Assembly: GCA_011109175.1 (NCBI GenBank)
Contig: RDEW01000021.1
Span: 73,080 to 137,079, forward strand
Length of the DNA: 64,000 nucleotides
Origin: Dicyema japonicum
Taxonomy: Eukaryota > Animalia > Dicyemida
Direction of reading: 5' to 3'
The notes under the pieces are model-generated. The model was not told the origin of the DNA and did not search any database. It was given only the letters and a program-made list of their open reading frames with translations. The position numbers and the translations under genes are program-made. Of this stretch, positions 38,931-52,308 are shown one piece after another; position 1 is the first letter of the stretch, and the number at the start of each line of letters is the position of its first letter.

Positions 38931-40338
38931 AAACAACTGCGAAATTTAAAAGACTTTCTTATCAATTTTGTGAGGTTATAATACATTTTTGAGCATTTCC
39001 TAATCACAGTAGGAAAACCAACATTTTTATCAATTTTCACCGCAAAATTTACTAAGTATGAATGACCTTCAAAATATATATCCTTTGTACTTCCTCTCCA
39101 AAGCCTTTTAAATTAACCAATGGCCTACCCTATCTCCACCTGACAACCCAAGGCTCATTTTGGGTGCATGAAGGAATTTGAAGCAAAAATAGCTTTAATG
39201 TTAATTTTACGTATTTTTGAGTCAAAGTGGCAATGGAAGATATCCACTCTGACTTCTTTGAGGTTGGAGAACCAGGTGATAGTGGAATATTCGTAGTTCG
39301 TTTCGTCCTACTTGATACTCGTTGGTCTCCTACGTGTTAGTGAGGCCGGGGTAACTCAACATAACTTAATTCAAAAAGATATGTTATTTTAGTCGACTAC
39401 TTTTAAGAGCACAAGTCCTCTATTTTGGGAATACGGGTTCTTAATCTCAATTTCGTTGAGCTCAATATTTGGCGGTTTCCTTTCAGATGAACCGACTCCC
39501 AATTACGATTCGCAAAAAAATCTATTTTGATTGATGTGGTCAGCAAATAAATTAATCTGACCCCTATTTGTGGGTTTCAGGATTATTTGCTCAGTCATGT
39601 CTGGTAAACATCAAATCTCTACAAAATTCATCGAAAACATCACGGCTCACAAATTTTGATTAAAATTGAGGCAACTATCCATTTATCCAAAATTGTGAAA
39701 AATATAGAAATATCGGCTGTCCCTGAAATCTAGGCATCCAAGAAATCTCTATTTGTGATCTTTGATTTATGATCCTTGGGAACTCTTGACTTTTGGCCCG
39801 AAAATATAGTCGGGTGACATGAGTTGTCGTCTATGCTGTCAAAAGTGATGTGCAACTGTTTTTGTTAATGAAAAAATAATTTGTGATAAGGCAGCTGCTC
39901 AGTAAAAGATAGCATTAGATCGCAATATTAGCGTAAATGCGTACCTTTATATTGAGGAGCTGCCCAACTACGATAAAATCTACGACCGAACATAATATGC
40001 AGTTAGTTTTCACTGCAAATTTAAACTCGTGCCAAACTGCTAGTTTAATTGATTTGTAAAAAAATTATTGCGTGCTTACATTTTTGACATGCCAAATGAG
40101 GACCATTTAAATGGCTCATTTTGTCGGTATAAATTGTAGGGCTTTCAACCAAAATGAGATGAATCGACTGAATTTGGTGGACCGTTTTAAAGGTAATACT
40201 AAAGTCAAAACTGCTCGCTAATGGCCTTTGCACAATAAGGCAACCCCTTAATGACTTGTCTTTTGATTTCAAGTGCTGTTATTTTTCTGTTTTTATATCA
40301 GATAGCGCTGTAATTATACCTTAATGGTCCATTCTTAG

Positions 40339-41058
40339 ATTGTGACAAATATCCAGTCTTGGTGACAGATCAGGACCATTCTATCGTCTACCAAACAGGT
40401 TTCTTTATTTTTTAAATTTTAGAAAAACAGTGTTTCAATTGCGGAGTTAAGTCCACCCCCCTTTGGAGGAGGGATAACAATGGAAACTACCTCTGCAACG
40501 CCTGTGGAATTTATTTAAGGAACAAAAAGAAGCATCGCCCCCTGGCCCACTCGAAGAAGCTGAACGTAGTCTTTTTAGTCACATGGTAGAGTGTTTCCAG
40601 GAAAACCGGGCAAGTTTGCACAAACTGCGAGACTATAACGACCACTCTGTGGAGGAGAAACGAAAATGGGGAGACCGTGTGCAACGCCTGTGGTCTCTAC
40701 TTCAAGCTTCATAGCGTATACTGAGCAATCTAAACTCTAGACACCTCGACCTCCTTCATTAAACAAGTCATCCATACAGACGCGACATCGGAGACTTAAA
40801 AATTCAACTCCTGTGATTCACTACAATCCGACAGTCGAGCAAAGTGACTTAATTTACAACTACAATTCCAATCAACTTCCTCAAAGTCATCAGAATGGGA
40901 CAAAATTTGACTACATAAACTACAACCAGCAATTTTACGTTGACCAGCACTACAGATCATTCTCAAATGACTCCTTCGGAATGTACCATCAATATGGGAG
41001 ATTTGATGCCACCCTCAACACAGAGGGGTACTACCTGAGCCGATTCGAAAATAATTAA
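40339..41058 (+). CDS. GATA transcription factor with two C4 zinc fingers; 5' exon(s) unresolved
   Basis: [26 protein letters not shown] and [32 protein letters not shown] joined via 24-25 nt introns; start codon not fixed. Confidence 0.92.
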
Positions 41059-41517
41059 TATTTTTACGTTATTTGCGAATAAATTACTTTTTAATTTTAG
41101 TAACCAATTTACACATGCGGTTTAATTTTCACATATAACCGCTATCTGTTATGAGGGTATAACCGACTTTATTCTGATAATATATTCTCGGTTTCAGACA
41201 AAGTAGAGTGATCAGGGGTTTAAGGACCATTTTCATACTCTGGTGGTCGGCTTTAATGCCTGTCATTGTTATTAGCGAATAGATGGAATCACATTAACCT
41301 CCATTCTGTACGTTCCCAAGGTTTTTTGGATTGGACGGGATTTGAACGAGAATGCCTCCCGTATTGGCACCTGATTGTCCGAATATTATCTTTCTGATAT
41401 CTTCTGGGTCCATCATCTCGTTCATGTTCTTCAGAGATTATCTATAAGACGGGGGAATTATGATAAAATATTGTTAAATGGTAATTTGCTAATAAATACG
41501 ACATTTCGAAAAATCTA

Positions 41518-41689
41518 TAGTAGAACCAGAAATCCATAGAAGAATTAGAAATCCCAGAAGACTGTCCCTATTTTCTGGTCTTCTAGTGAGGCCGGGGTCA
41601 CTTAACTAACTACTTTACGTAGACAACGTTCTATGATACACTGTTCTACAAATCTGCTTCGACATACGGTTCTAAGTCTGGTTCTACTG
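41518..41689. mobile_element. Tc1/pogo-type MITE carrying a LINE 3' fragment
   Basis: 13 bp TIR (C/T)AGTAGAACCAGA, TA on both sides; gtgaggccggggtcacttaac LINE tail inside. Confidence 0.7.
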
Positions 41690-41749
41690 TACATCCTATA
41701 GTTTCCTGTTTTATATGAAACGGTTCATACCCTCTCGGAAAGCACGTAG

Positions 41750-42940
41750 TATTTTTGAATTTTAACTTTTTAAGAAAACCGACTAAATTAAGCACATATT
41801 GCTATGAACCAGCCAACAGAGTAGTTGAGGCTAAGTTGGGCAGGTGGAATCTGTTTGGTCATATTCTAAGAATGGACCAACCACATCAGCGATTATCATC
41901 ATGGAGAACTACTCCGCACTATTTGGGAAAAATTCCTTGGCATCCGCATGCGACGCTTCCTGAAATTCTTAATGGGGATTTATGGCGTCAAACAAAGGGG
42001 GAGAAAGAGATTGGTAATCAGTAGGGGGATTCTTGTCAAAGTCACTTTACTAAGATGCTACCTGTATGGACGGCTTCTCACTTTCCAACCGAGTGTTGAC
42101 GGCATCTCACTCCGGATATAACTCAGAGAAGGCCGAAAACCTTAAAAGAAAGAAGTAAAAAAGCCTCAGAGGACGTTTCGTTTTCAAACCATTCGCCGTC
42201 GAAACATATGGGATCATGTTCCCTGACTTTATTGCATGGCATGCTTATTGAGAGGAAAAAAGGGATATGAGAGAAGAGCTCCCTAATTGAGTTAAAAAAG
42301 TCAGAAAAAATTTTTGAGAGAGCTGGTGATGTAAATCAAACACTTTCTCTGGAAATTGCGGAATTCATGAAGTAGACTTCACCCTCTTGATGTTCAATGT
42401 CAGGGTGTTCCTGAAGGCAAGATGGAACTGTTTGGACATATACTTCGTATGGACCTGTGGATCCCCGCGAACGTGGTCATGTAGGATTACTTTGTTCTGG
42501 ACCCTCCAACTTTCCGTGGTCGACAGAGGACAATCCTACCCACCGTCTTTGATGAAGACCTTAAGGAAATCGGGAGAAGCCTCAAGGACGAGGATGACCT
42601 CGACAGGCTACAGGACATGGCAAAGAGTTATCAGAATGTTCTGTGGACTGTTGGATCGGGAGTAGGTTGACTTAATGTTAGTTATGCTGCGTTCAGGAGT
42701 GGAAATGGATACAGCTACAAACATTGGGATGGAAGAATACTTTGTTGACAGTGGAACTCGCTTCTGTAGAAGTTCACGAGTCATATTTCCTGGAGTACTC
42801 AATGTGGATCTCATGTATGTAAAAGGAAATCTACGACATGGAGAATATACAAGAGAGGTCGTTCACTACCATGGAAGGTGGAACCGCTTAGTTGAATTAA
42901 AATTCGCGGGATTAAGTTGCTGTGAAAACTTTTCTTAAGG
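41750..42940 (+). mobile_element. Cluster of RTE-like LINE fragments
   Basis: RWNLFGHILRMD at ~41840, a frameshifted equivalent at ~42420, CVQEWKW-like APE fragment at ~42690. Confidence 0.6.
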
Positions 42941-43858
42941 TATTTCTACACAAACTGGCTCTTTTTAGTATCAAACTCCTTGATCCTGACGTGTTCCTGC
43001 GATTTCAGAAATTGTCTCTAAGTAACGAAATTGTCTCCCGGTAGCAAGAATAGTTGGATCCTTTTGAATACCGGCCAGGCATTGGGCGTCTCCTTAGGTG
43101 GTTCCAATGACGCCATATGAGGGAGGAAGAAATTTTTTAACCAATTAGCCACATAGCACTACATGGTGGCATCACAGAGTCAATAACCTAATTGACTCTG
43201 TAAAGAAATAGCACACAAGAACTTCCTTGGCGTTATGCAATATCATGAAATAGACAAAAGAAAACAGAATTTTTCATAACTGTTATTTAATTTTATTTAA
43301 ATTTGTCAACCTTATAATATTCATTGAAATTTATTGAATGTTTACTGTGAACTCTAAATTTTCACTACGTATGAAAATTATGGCTATGTTAAAAATTTAT
43401 TAGACTTTTGTCAATAATTCCAATAGTAACCAAGATCATGCAGCCAAAGGGCATATAGAATTATAGTTTATATGATTTTTTGTATTTTTAATAATATCCA
43501 GCCACACTAAACAATGAGGGCGGGTTTCATATGGCAGCCACGATTGTCGGGTGTTCACAAAGTGAGTGAGACCCAAGGCAGAGAAAACGATTTCAATGAG
43601 AAAAATAGTCAAGTGATGGTGAGTGGTCCAAAACTCCGAGTTAGAATATATTGAACGAATCTAAGAAAGGGAACAGAACCTCTTTTTCAAAAGACGGATT
43701 TCAAAGATTGACAGAGTGATCATGTATAACTTCCAATCTCGAGATGTCAGGACTGAAGCAGGGAAGATTATGAATTGAACATTTCATATATTTAAATGTT
43801 ATTTTTATAATATTTAATAATTATTTGATCTATTTGAATTTAAAATAACAAACCAAAC

Positions 43859-45410
43859 ATGTCAGATTGGTCAGCTTATTTTTCAACTAAAGTTTATAAA
43901 ATTTTAATCAGATAGAACAAACACGAAGAAACACCCGCTAAAGAAACGGAGAAATATTCGGAAAAGCGACACACTTTATTAGATAAGATTAAAGACTTTC
44001 AGACCAAAACCTACTCAAAGCAACCGTTAACTGATTTACGGTCTGATCCAAACAACCCTCTCTATTCCGTTAACAGTTTCCGCGATATTCCACTTCGCCC
44101 GGAACTCCGTAAAGGTCTTGTCACCCTCGGCTTCGTTAGTCCTTCCAAAGTCCAAGGAATGGCTCTTCCGATAATCCTTCGAGACCCGTTCATGTTATGA
44201 CGTCATCATAGACCTTCCAATTTGATTGCTCAATCTCAGAGCGGGACCGGTAAGACTGCCACGTTTGCGATAGGGATGCTCAATAGAATAAATTTGAATA
44301 TCCGTTGTGTTCAGGTTTTTTCCCTCCTCAAACTTTCAGTCCCTGTGTGTCACCCCGACCTATGAATTGGCCGTCCAAGTGGCTCAGGCAATTGAACTTA
44401 TAGGACAGTACATGGAAGGCTTGTCGGTCTACCTTGCTATCCGAGACTCATGTAGTCATGAATGAATCCATTTAGACGTGGATAGAAATTCTGAAATTAA
44501 AGACCATGTGGTCGTGGGAACCCCGGGAAAGTTGTTGAATCTCTTAGAGGATCAGCAACTGCTTAATATGACGGACTTGAAAGTGTTTGTGCTGGATGAA
44601 GCTGACATAATAATCGACCAAGGAGAGAAAACACGTGCAATTGACATTTACAAGTAAATTGTGTTTAAACTTGAGCTGTCTCCCCCGATCCTGTCAGATT
44701 CTGCTGTTCTCAGCCACTTTCACGGATTCTGTTATTGAACTGGGAAAGCAGATGACGGAAACAACGGAAATAATCCGACTTTCTAAGCCGGAGATGACTC
44801 TGGAGAATATTGAGCAGTATTATATATACTGTATCGGGGACGAGGAGAAAAAGTCGGCGATAGACTGCATCTACCAGAACATGGGAGTGGAGAAGGCCAT
44901 AATATTCTGCAACGTAAGGGTTTATGTGATCGCAGACGGTGTTACAATCCAATATTCTGTTCGACTTTTTCGTTGGAATGGGGTACAAGGTGGTGGTGAT
45001 AAACTCGTCCTACAATGTGAAAAAACGCGCGGAAGAGCTCAATAGGTTCAAGAGTGAGGCCCACGTACTCATTTCGACAAACGTGACGGCACGTGGTAGT
45101 GGGGTTTCTAATGGGTGCAGGGTTGGATATTACCGGTGTCGCAATTGTCATCAATTACGAGATCCCAGTGAAAATGGATGGTTCTCCTGACTATGAGACC
45201 TATTTGCATCGTATTGGACGAAGTGGAAGATTTGGGGAGATGGGATTCGCCTTCACATTTGTTTCGAGTCAGAATGAACTGAACTTAATTAAGCGAATTG
45301 AGGGATACTTTGGTTTGTGATTATGGGAGATGGTAGAACGGCCTATTAAGGAGCTAAAATCAGGAGATTCGAAGGCCATTGGAGGACTGGTTAATAGTGA
45401 TGGCTTGTGA
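43859..45410 (+). CDS. DDX19: DEAD-box mRNA export helicase DDX19/Dbp5 (introns of 22-25 nt)
   Basis: DPNNPLYSV, NLIAQSQSGTGKT, TPTYELA, VLDEAD, FSAT, AIIFCN, STNVTARGLD, YETYLHRIGRSGRFG; frame intact after splicing. Confidence 0.95.
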
Positions 45411-45587
45411 TTTTCTACTTGATCTTAAATTTTCTTTTTTGAGCGTTTAAATGTTCTCAGACGAGTTGGCTTAGTACTTGGGATAGTGGAGGATGATGGG
45501 TTGTGGTTTGGTTCCTAGAAAATGTTGAATTTTTTCTGCGGTTGTATTTTTTTCAATAATTATTTTTTATCGGTCGAGCTGGTCAAA

Positions 45588-46352
45588 ATGGCATATCTAG
45601 TGGCTATCGTTTAATTAAATGACGCTGGTGTCCATGTCCTACTACGATTTGTCTATGAATCCTTAATTGATCTTCATAAAAGAAGGCTGTTACCCATATT
45701 TTGGAAAGGACTTCTGATTTCGATCCTAGTTGGTTTTCTGGAGAATTGGAAATTTTGTTGACGTTCCTACAGATGAACCATAAATGGCACAAAGTTTAGT
45801 GTTTTTTCGTAGCAGCATTTTCCAAGAGTTGTTATTTCTTCCGATTGTTGTCCTGGTATGAGCATTTGGATTGTTAAAAATATCAATTTCGTCCAGGACT
45901 GACGGGATATATTTTCCACGGGGATATTAGGGGTTCGAACCATCACTTATAATCAGATCTTTCAATCTATGTAAGGTTATGCATGGCCCCTTAGGTGGAA
46001 AATAAATATTTGAGTTTAATAGGAATCTGTTCTATGGAATTATTTCCTCACAGTTTGGGAATTATCAGAATCTAAAAGCTCGCTTCTGACAATTATGAGT
46101 CTTGCAACAGATCCACTTATTTGGTTCTTTGTTGAGTAAAGAGTATTCTGAGAAACAACGAGTTGGGACTGATCTAGAAAGCATCGAATTTTGTATGTGC
46201 GCAATGTCCACCTTTAGGTTTTCAGTTAAGAGGTCCAACTTTGCTACGAATACAGTCAACATTTACTTAAAGGATCATAGGATGGGTTAGGTAAGTCGAT
46301 TAATTATTTTTTGTTCTCAGTTGATACTGAGGAGTATCACGATAAAATTTAG
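45588..46352 (+). CDS. Unassigned multi-intron gene candidate
   Basis: Series of GT..AG segments of 22-41 nt (strong donor gtaagt at 46291) between stop-free pieces such as KAVTHILERTSDFDPSWFSGELEILLTFLQMNHKWHK; exact model unresolved. Confidence 0.35.
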
Positions 46353-46379
46353 TTTTTTTAAACCAAGAATTACCGCTAA

Positions 46380-46740
46380 AGAAACAAGCCCGCTTAGTGA
46401 TTCCAATTTCTCTTAGAAGCCTTCAAAACTTTTCTCGGTTGTTCCCCTCGCGATTTCTATGTACTCAGGAACACAGCGGTGCTTCAGGGGTATCATTTTG
46501 GCGCTCGTTACCTTTAGAAGGACCTCAAATGTTGTCGAGTGTAACAGGATAGTCGAGAAACGTTGGACGGTTTTTGTAACTGTCACTTGGCTTGTTTTAT
46601 AGATATTTTGTTTAGATATCGACGATCTTCTTAAACCTTGTTTTAGATATGCCCGTACCCCATGCAGCGCATAGCTGATGGTTAGTTAGGACAATATGAT
46701 TATCAGATCGAAAAGATAGAAAGTGGCTCTTTATTACAAG
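46380..46740 (-). mobile_element. LINE family B fragment
   Basis: ccatcagctatgcgctgcatgggg matches the TIGYAFAAWG region at ~26600. Confidence 0.55.
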
Positions 46741-46936
46741 AAGAAAGGGGACAAGGGCAATCTTTTAATAAAATCCTCAGCCTCACTAACATGCAGGAAG
46801 TCAAAGTGGATGACACAAGAAGTTATTAAGTGGGATGACACAAGAAGTTTTATTTCTATTAAGTAGAAGATATATTTAATAATAATGATAACACCAGTTT
46901 TTATAAAATTTAAAATATAATTTTTTTGTGGGGACA

Positions 46937-47419
46937 ATGGACGACTCAAATAATATAGTAAAGAGTGTGGTATCTACGTCCAATCAACTGTCTGTCGTTT
47001 CTGGAGGACCTTTTTACTTACTAAAGAAGCTTCCAAGTAAAAACTCAATTATAATTCAGAACCAGACGAAGTAATTGGGTACTGTGATTTACTACAGTAT
47101 TACGGCCTTGATTTGATCTTCAAAAACTATTCCAATAAGATAATCGACCGCAGCCTCTCTGCCTATCTCCCAAGTCTTTCAGGGAAGATCGACTTTAGTA
47201 GTCAACCTTATGGAAGGTCTCTATATTCTTCTTTCCCATAGCTCTCTAAGACATCTCCTTGTTAGTCAGCCAGCCGTGGCCAAACCGTTGGACCCTTTGT
47301 CTGAGACTCACCTGAAGTCTCTGGTTCTCGATGAAGGACCACTTCCCCCAGAATACATGCTGCTGTTTGATTTTAATGGAATTACTCCTTCAAATTCTAA
47401 GCGACAGAGAATGGAATGA
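46937..47419 (+). CDS. MED19: Mediator subunit 19, copy 2
   Basis: Same protein as 14876-15358; identical introns. Confidence 0.9.
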
Positions 47420-48474
47420 TATTTTACTGAATTACTTTTCTGATAGTCAATATCAATTTTAATATATGATTCTTAATGGAAAGCAAACTCCACGTACGAC
47501 CATGCGAAAATATTGCGAGTCAATTTCTTATTCCTACGAAAACCTATCATCTCGCTCCAACGATAATAAACCTCGTTGAGGACCTTCTCACAAACTATTG
47601 GAAATCAGTCTATTCCATGTTAACTAAATGGAACCAACCACTAGTTACATCTGCAACTCACTTCCCTTCAGCGAAGATTTCAGTCAAATCCTTGCTGTCT
47701 CTACCACGGTGCCAAAAAGGACTCACTTTGGGAGTTCGTTTGAGTACAAATAGTCGTATATTTGATGTTCAAGATTTTACATTGTATGTCGGGAAGAAAG
47801 ATCCTCAACAAGCACAAATTACTATAACTCTAATTCCAAAGCGACTATACTAAATGTTTAAAGTCATCGTTAATTTGATGGACTTTGAAATCCTCGTAAG
47901 CGCTGCTGCTATTTGAGCGAATCTCGCTCGCCATCCTGAGAGGGAAAAGTCACGCAGTCAGAGAGACCGTTGTAAAATTCTAATAATTTATTATTTTAAT
48001 TCGTTGCAGAGAAAACTGAAAGTGTTACGAAACCAATGTCCCATAATATTATTGAGATGGTCAAAAAAGACACCCACATCGTTACTACGGGAACACGAAT
48101 ACCTTACGGAACGCCACCGCGACTTCCTCAAGATAGGAAAGTATCTCGACCATCTCATAAAGCTATATCTGGACGCCTGCCCTAGATACGAAAAGAAATA
48201 TTCCCCTTTATGGAAATTAACCCAGGGTTCTAAAATTAACCGCAGGAAGTCTTAGATGGATACTCGGGTCATTGACTTTGACTCACTTGGTTTGATTTAA
48301 CAGTTCGATTTTCTATAACTCTGAATGTCATGTGTAATGTGTGGAACTATCACTTGGTAACTCTGTCTTCTGCCAGTATCAATGCTGTCATTTTGATTTT
48401 TAGGAAATATGATAACGCATAGAAGGGTAAAACTAAAATAATTTACTTTCCGTTATTTTGTATAAAAATAAAAG

Positions 48475-48548
48475 TGCCCCGAGAGGGTCTCGAACCCGCG
48501 ACCTTCGCGTTATTAGCACGACGCTCTAACCAACTGAGCTACCGGGGC
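48475..48548 (-). tRNA. tRNA-Ile (AAT)
   Basis: GCCCCGGTAGCTCAGTTGGTTAGAGCG...CTAATAA...GGTTCGAGACCC..TCGGGGCA; fully paired acceptor stem; T-run downstream. Confidence 0.93.
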
Positions 48549-49759
48549 GTATTAAATTGAACAATGCGAGAGTAGAGGAAATCAATTTCTATTCCATCAT
48601 GATGTTTTAAACTTCGTAGAGGCACTTTTGAAAATTATTGGAAATTATTCTGCTCCATACATTTATTACATGGAAGAAACAATCAGATACTTTTGCGATT
48701 GATAGGGAACTAATTCAGCGAAACGATCTTAAAAAATTCGAAGACTTACATTCCATAGGTACAGAAATCCTTTAAAGTTTTTCAGCTCCACGACACATTT
48801 AATCCCTCGAGGCTTTTGTCAGTAAAACAGGTTAAGTAATTTGCCTGTAACGTGACAATTCGGAGAGTGGGTAGGATTCCAGAAAAACATCAAGCAAAGA
48901 TGAGGAGGTGTAAGTATACAAAGGTGGATTTAAGAGGGGAATCAATTTTGCATATGAATCACTTGATTAAGCAATTCAGCCTAACTCTGGACGCCTGTGA
49001 AGTAACCAATTTGGACTCTTGAAGACTGAATAGAATTCGATCGTTTCCGCGTTCAGGAGATCATTCCCAACGCTACGAATACCCCAACACATCAACTAGA
49101 GATACTTGGATGCTCTTTACGGAGGGTGGATTCAGTGACACGTCAGAAAAATAGAACAACTAAAAACAACATTCACATTTCAGGAGATGCTGGACATCCT
49201 TTTTCCTTCTAAAACGTCTTGACAGCGCAAAAATTGTCTGATTGCTGAACCGTGCTATGGAGTCTGTTGAATACCCATCTATACTGTTACTTGTCGGCAT
49301 GGACAGGAGAGAAAAAACGGCCGGATATAATTACAATCTTTCCTTTAAAGGAGGGAAAGCCATAGGTATGGGACTCGGGATTTAATGATATTGAATGAGA
49401 GCTGGTTTGGGACTCCTTCACTTTTTTACTAAAAGGCCCACAATACTAAAATTTTAAACTTAGCTTTCAGAGGTTAGTTAAGTTACCCCGGCCTCACTAA
49501 CTTGCATGAGATTAGCGGCTATTAAGTAGAAGATCGCAAATCCCGGTCGCTCCCATAAGTCAACTTTGGCATGGTAGGCCGACAGCGTACAAGTACAGGA
49601 CATTCAATAGGTGGATTGCTGTCAACTCTGAGAGGCTGAACAAGATGTATTTAGCATCATCCAGTTTATCTAAAAGCACAGCGGTTTAAGAAATACACTT
49701 AGTTTTTTTTGACGGTTTTAAAAAATAAACACGTGACTCTTTAGAATACAGTGTGAAAA

Positions 49760-50960
49760 CACATGATTCAATTGGATAATCTTCGTTTAACGTCAAAGGG
49801 ATCTCGAAGACATGGATGAGGAAAACACTGTGCGATGATTTAAAGAAGTACCGCATCTCTATCGGATGCCTGCAAGAAACAAAGGTCTCTGATAGAGGCT
49901 GTGAATACTATGGAACCTATAAACTAATTCTATTCCCCAGTGAATCAAAACATTACGGACAAGGTTTCGCAGTCCATGACCATGTTGTTCCTCAACAACA
50001 TCAATTTTGAAAAGTCAATGACATGATCACTGTCCTGCAAATCGGGATGAATGGCATGTGCCCTTCCAAAAATTGCATGACAATCATTAACGTATATGTT
50101 CCACATAGTGGTAGATTTTTGAAAAACCCTGGTGAACTGGATGACTTTTACTTATTCAGAATATGAAACTTTTCTAAATAAGTCCTTAGTAATCGACAGT
50201 AGCATATTGAGAGACGCCTGCACTACTGACAAATATGACTACACAAGACCTGTGGGACAGACTAGAAGCATTATTTGCCTTGCCACAAACACCCATCTTG
50301 GAGTGAGACAACGGACAGCTGGAAACATGTCACTGGGCCACCCAGACCCCTTATTACTGACAAAACACCAACGATGAATATGATAGTCTAAATACGACAG
50401 ATAAGCACATCAAAAACAAACTTAGAGCTAAACGAAATATTATCAAAAAATTATGAAGCTTAATAATGCACATTCAAAGGATGTCTTTTATCGCACCTAA
50501 AGGACAATGCAAAAATGTTCGGTCCGACTAATGCGAGGAAAAAAAGCGACAGTACATGTTATGGATCGAATTGATTAACCAGACGAACAGATCGAATTGA
50601 TTGCTTCTCATCTTGAAAAATTTCTCACTGCGAACTGTTATGAACTGGCTGGCCCATTTCATCGGAGAACCGCAGATCACATCTAATGAAGTTCATAGTG
50701 CGTACAGCAATCTAAAGATTCAGAGGAGCGCTGGAACGGATATTGTCTCCAGGAACTGCTGACAAATGGACCTATATGTCTCTTCGAAACCATTGTGACA
50801 CTATTAAATGGAATATTTACATCTAACTCTGTCCTACCACTGGGGAAGGGATATTGATATGCAAAAGCCTAACAAACAAAAAGGACCACTAGAAAGCCTA
50901 TTTCCAGACAAAGGACCTTCTGACCAAACATCTAACTGAGCATTTAAAAAAACAGGTTAA
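49760..50960 (+). mobile_element. RTE-like LINE remnant (APE + linker)
   Basis: SFNVKG...ISIGCLQETKV, IINVYVPH; many stops. Confidence 0.75.
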
Positions 50961-52050
50961 GAAATTGCACAAATGTGACTTGCCACAGTGACTTTGGAGA
51001 GTATGAGTGTGGAATATAAATATGGGAGAATTTCCAAATGCCGAATGACTCTTATCTCAAGTTGAACGATGGAGGATTGACTGTCGAGACAAGTTATCAC
51101 CGCACTGGAGAATTCAAATAAAGAGTCGAAAAGATCAATTGAAGGAGTCATTTCGGTGGATCGGTAAAGACGATTGGATTTGCCTTAAAGAAAATGAAAA
51201 TCTGTTGAGATCCCTCACATAGTTACTAGCTCTGGTTTACAATGTAGGGAAACTCAATATTCTACTTGTTTTGAAGAAATGAACGATTTATAAGATTTGT
51301 TATAAAATATGTCCATAATTTTGGTTCAAGTAAATACCCACGTGGTCTCTTCTCTATATTTTATAATTTGTAAAATAATTCCTAATATAAACTTGGAGAT
51401 ATTTTGTAAGGTCAAATATCTACTATCCTTAGTAACAATGTCTAAAATGGACAACTAATCGAATTTAATAAATGCTCTCCCCACTTTTAATTTTATCAGA
51501 GGAGGGGAAGTTGCCTGAGTTAGCATTTATTGGGGAACAGTCAGCAAATAGCTAAAAATATCTTTCAATTAAGTGTGGTTGCTCTTAAATTGAAAACGCA
51601 TTCTCCCTCACGATGACGTAACTCTATTGGAAAAGGGGAGATGAAAAACAGAGATCTTCAATCAAATAGACTTGTAGTCATGGAATGAATTAATCGACTC
51701 TCCAAAGATTTTTAAAGGTATTTCGATAATATTCGAGAATTTTTTCATTTTGTTAGATATCAGAGATGGATCAAAATATTGAAAATTAAGTAAAATAGTA
51801 TTATTAGGTTCAGGGAGATCCGTGTAGCCTTAGAGGAGTATGCAATAGTCATTGTGGGAGTGTTATAAATGATTAAGTGATCCCATTAGCCTTCAAGAAG
51901 TATACAGGAGGGGTTGTTAGACATAATTAAAAAGTGACTCCTAGCCTCCAAGAAGCGAGTTACTGTTGAAGAGTTAGACTTTAGTGACCCCTAGCCATAA
52001 AGAAACATACAAAACTAAGAGTATGACTGATGTGTTGTAATTAGCAAATT

Positions 52051-52156
52051 TTTTTTTTTTTTTTTTTTTTTTTACAATTAAATTTTTTTTAACAATTAAA
52101 CAAATGTCAGTTGAGGAAGCCTGCTGAGTGGATTGCGAACGAGTTAGCGAGTTAGC
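52051..52156 (-). mobile_element. Very short 5'-truncated CRE-like insertion with long poly(A) and 11 bp TSD
   Basis: Near-identical to the 3' end of the 16522-16927 copy; 25 nt T-run; TSD ATTAGCAAATT at 52040-52050 and 52157-52167. Confidence 0.92.
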
Positions 52157-52308
52157 ATTAGCAAATTACTTAAAGGCAATAATTTGACTGATTCAAGTCA
52201 AATTGATACTTTAAAAATCCAAATCACGTGCATTCATGGACTGAAGTAATTAAAATGTTACGTTACACGTATATATAGGACGACTTCATTTCGATACTTT
52301 ATTGGTGG

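Noticed and set aside
51815-52010. CRISPR-like repeat-spacer array
   Set aside because: Eukaryotic context, short degenerate repeats, irregular spacing, no cas genes.
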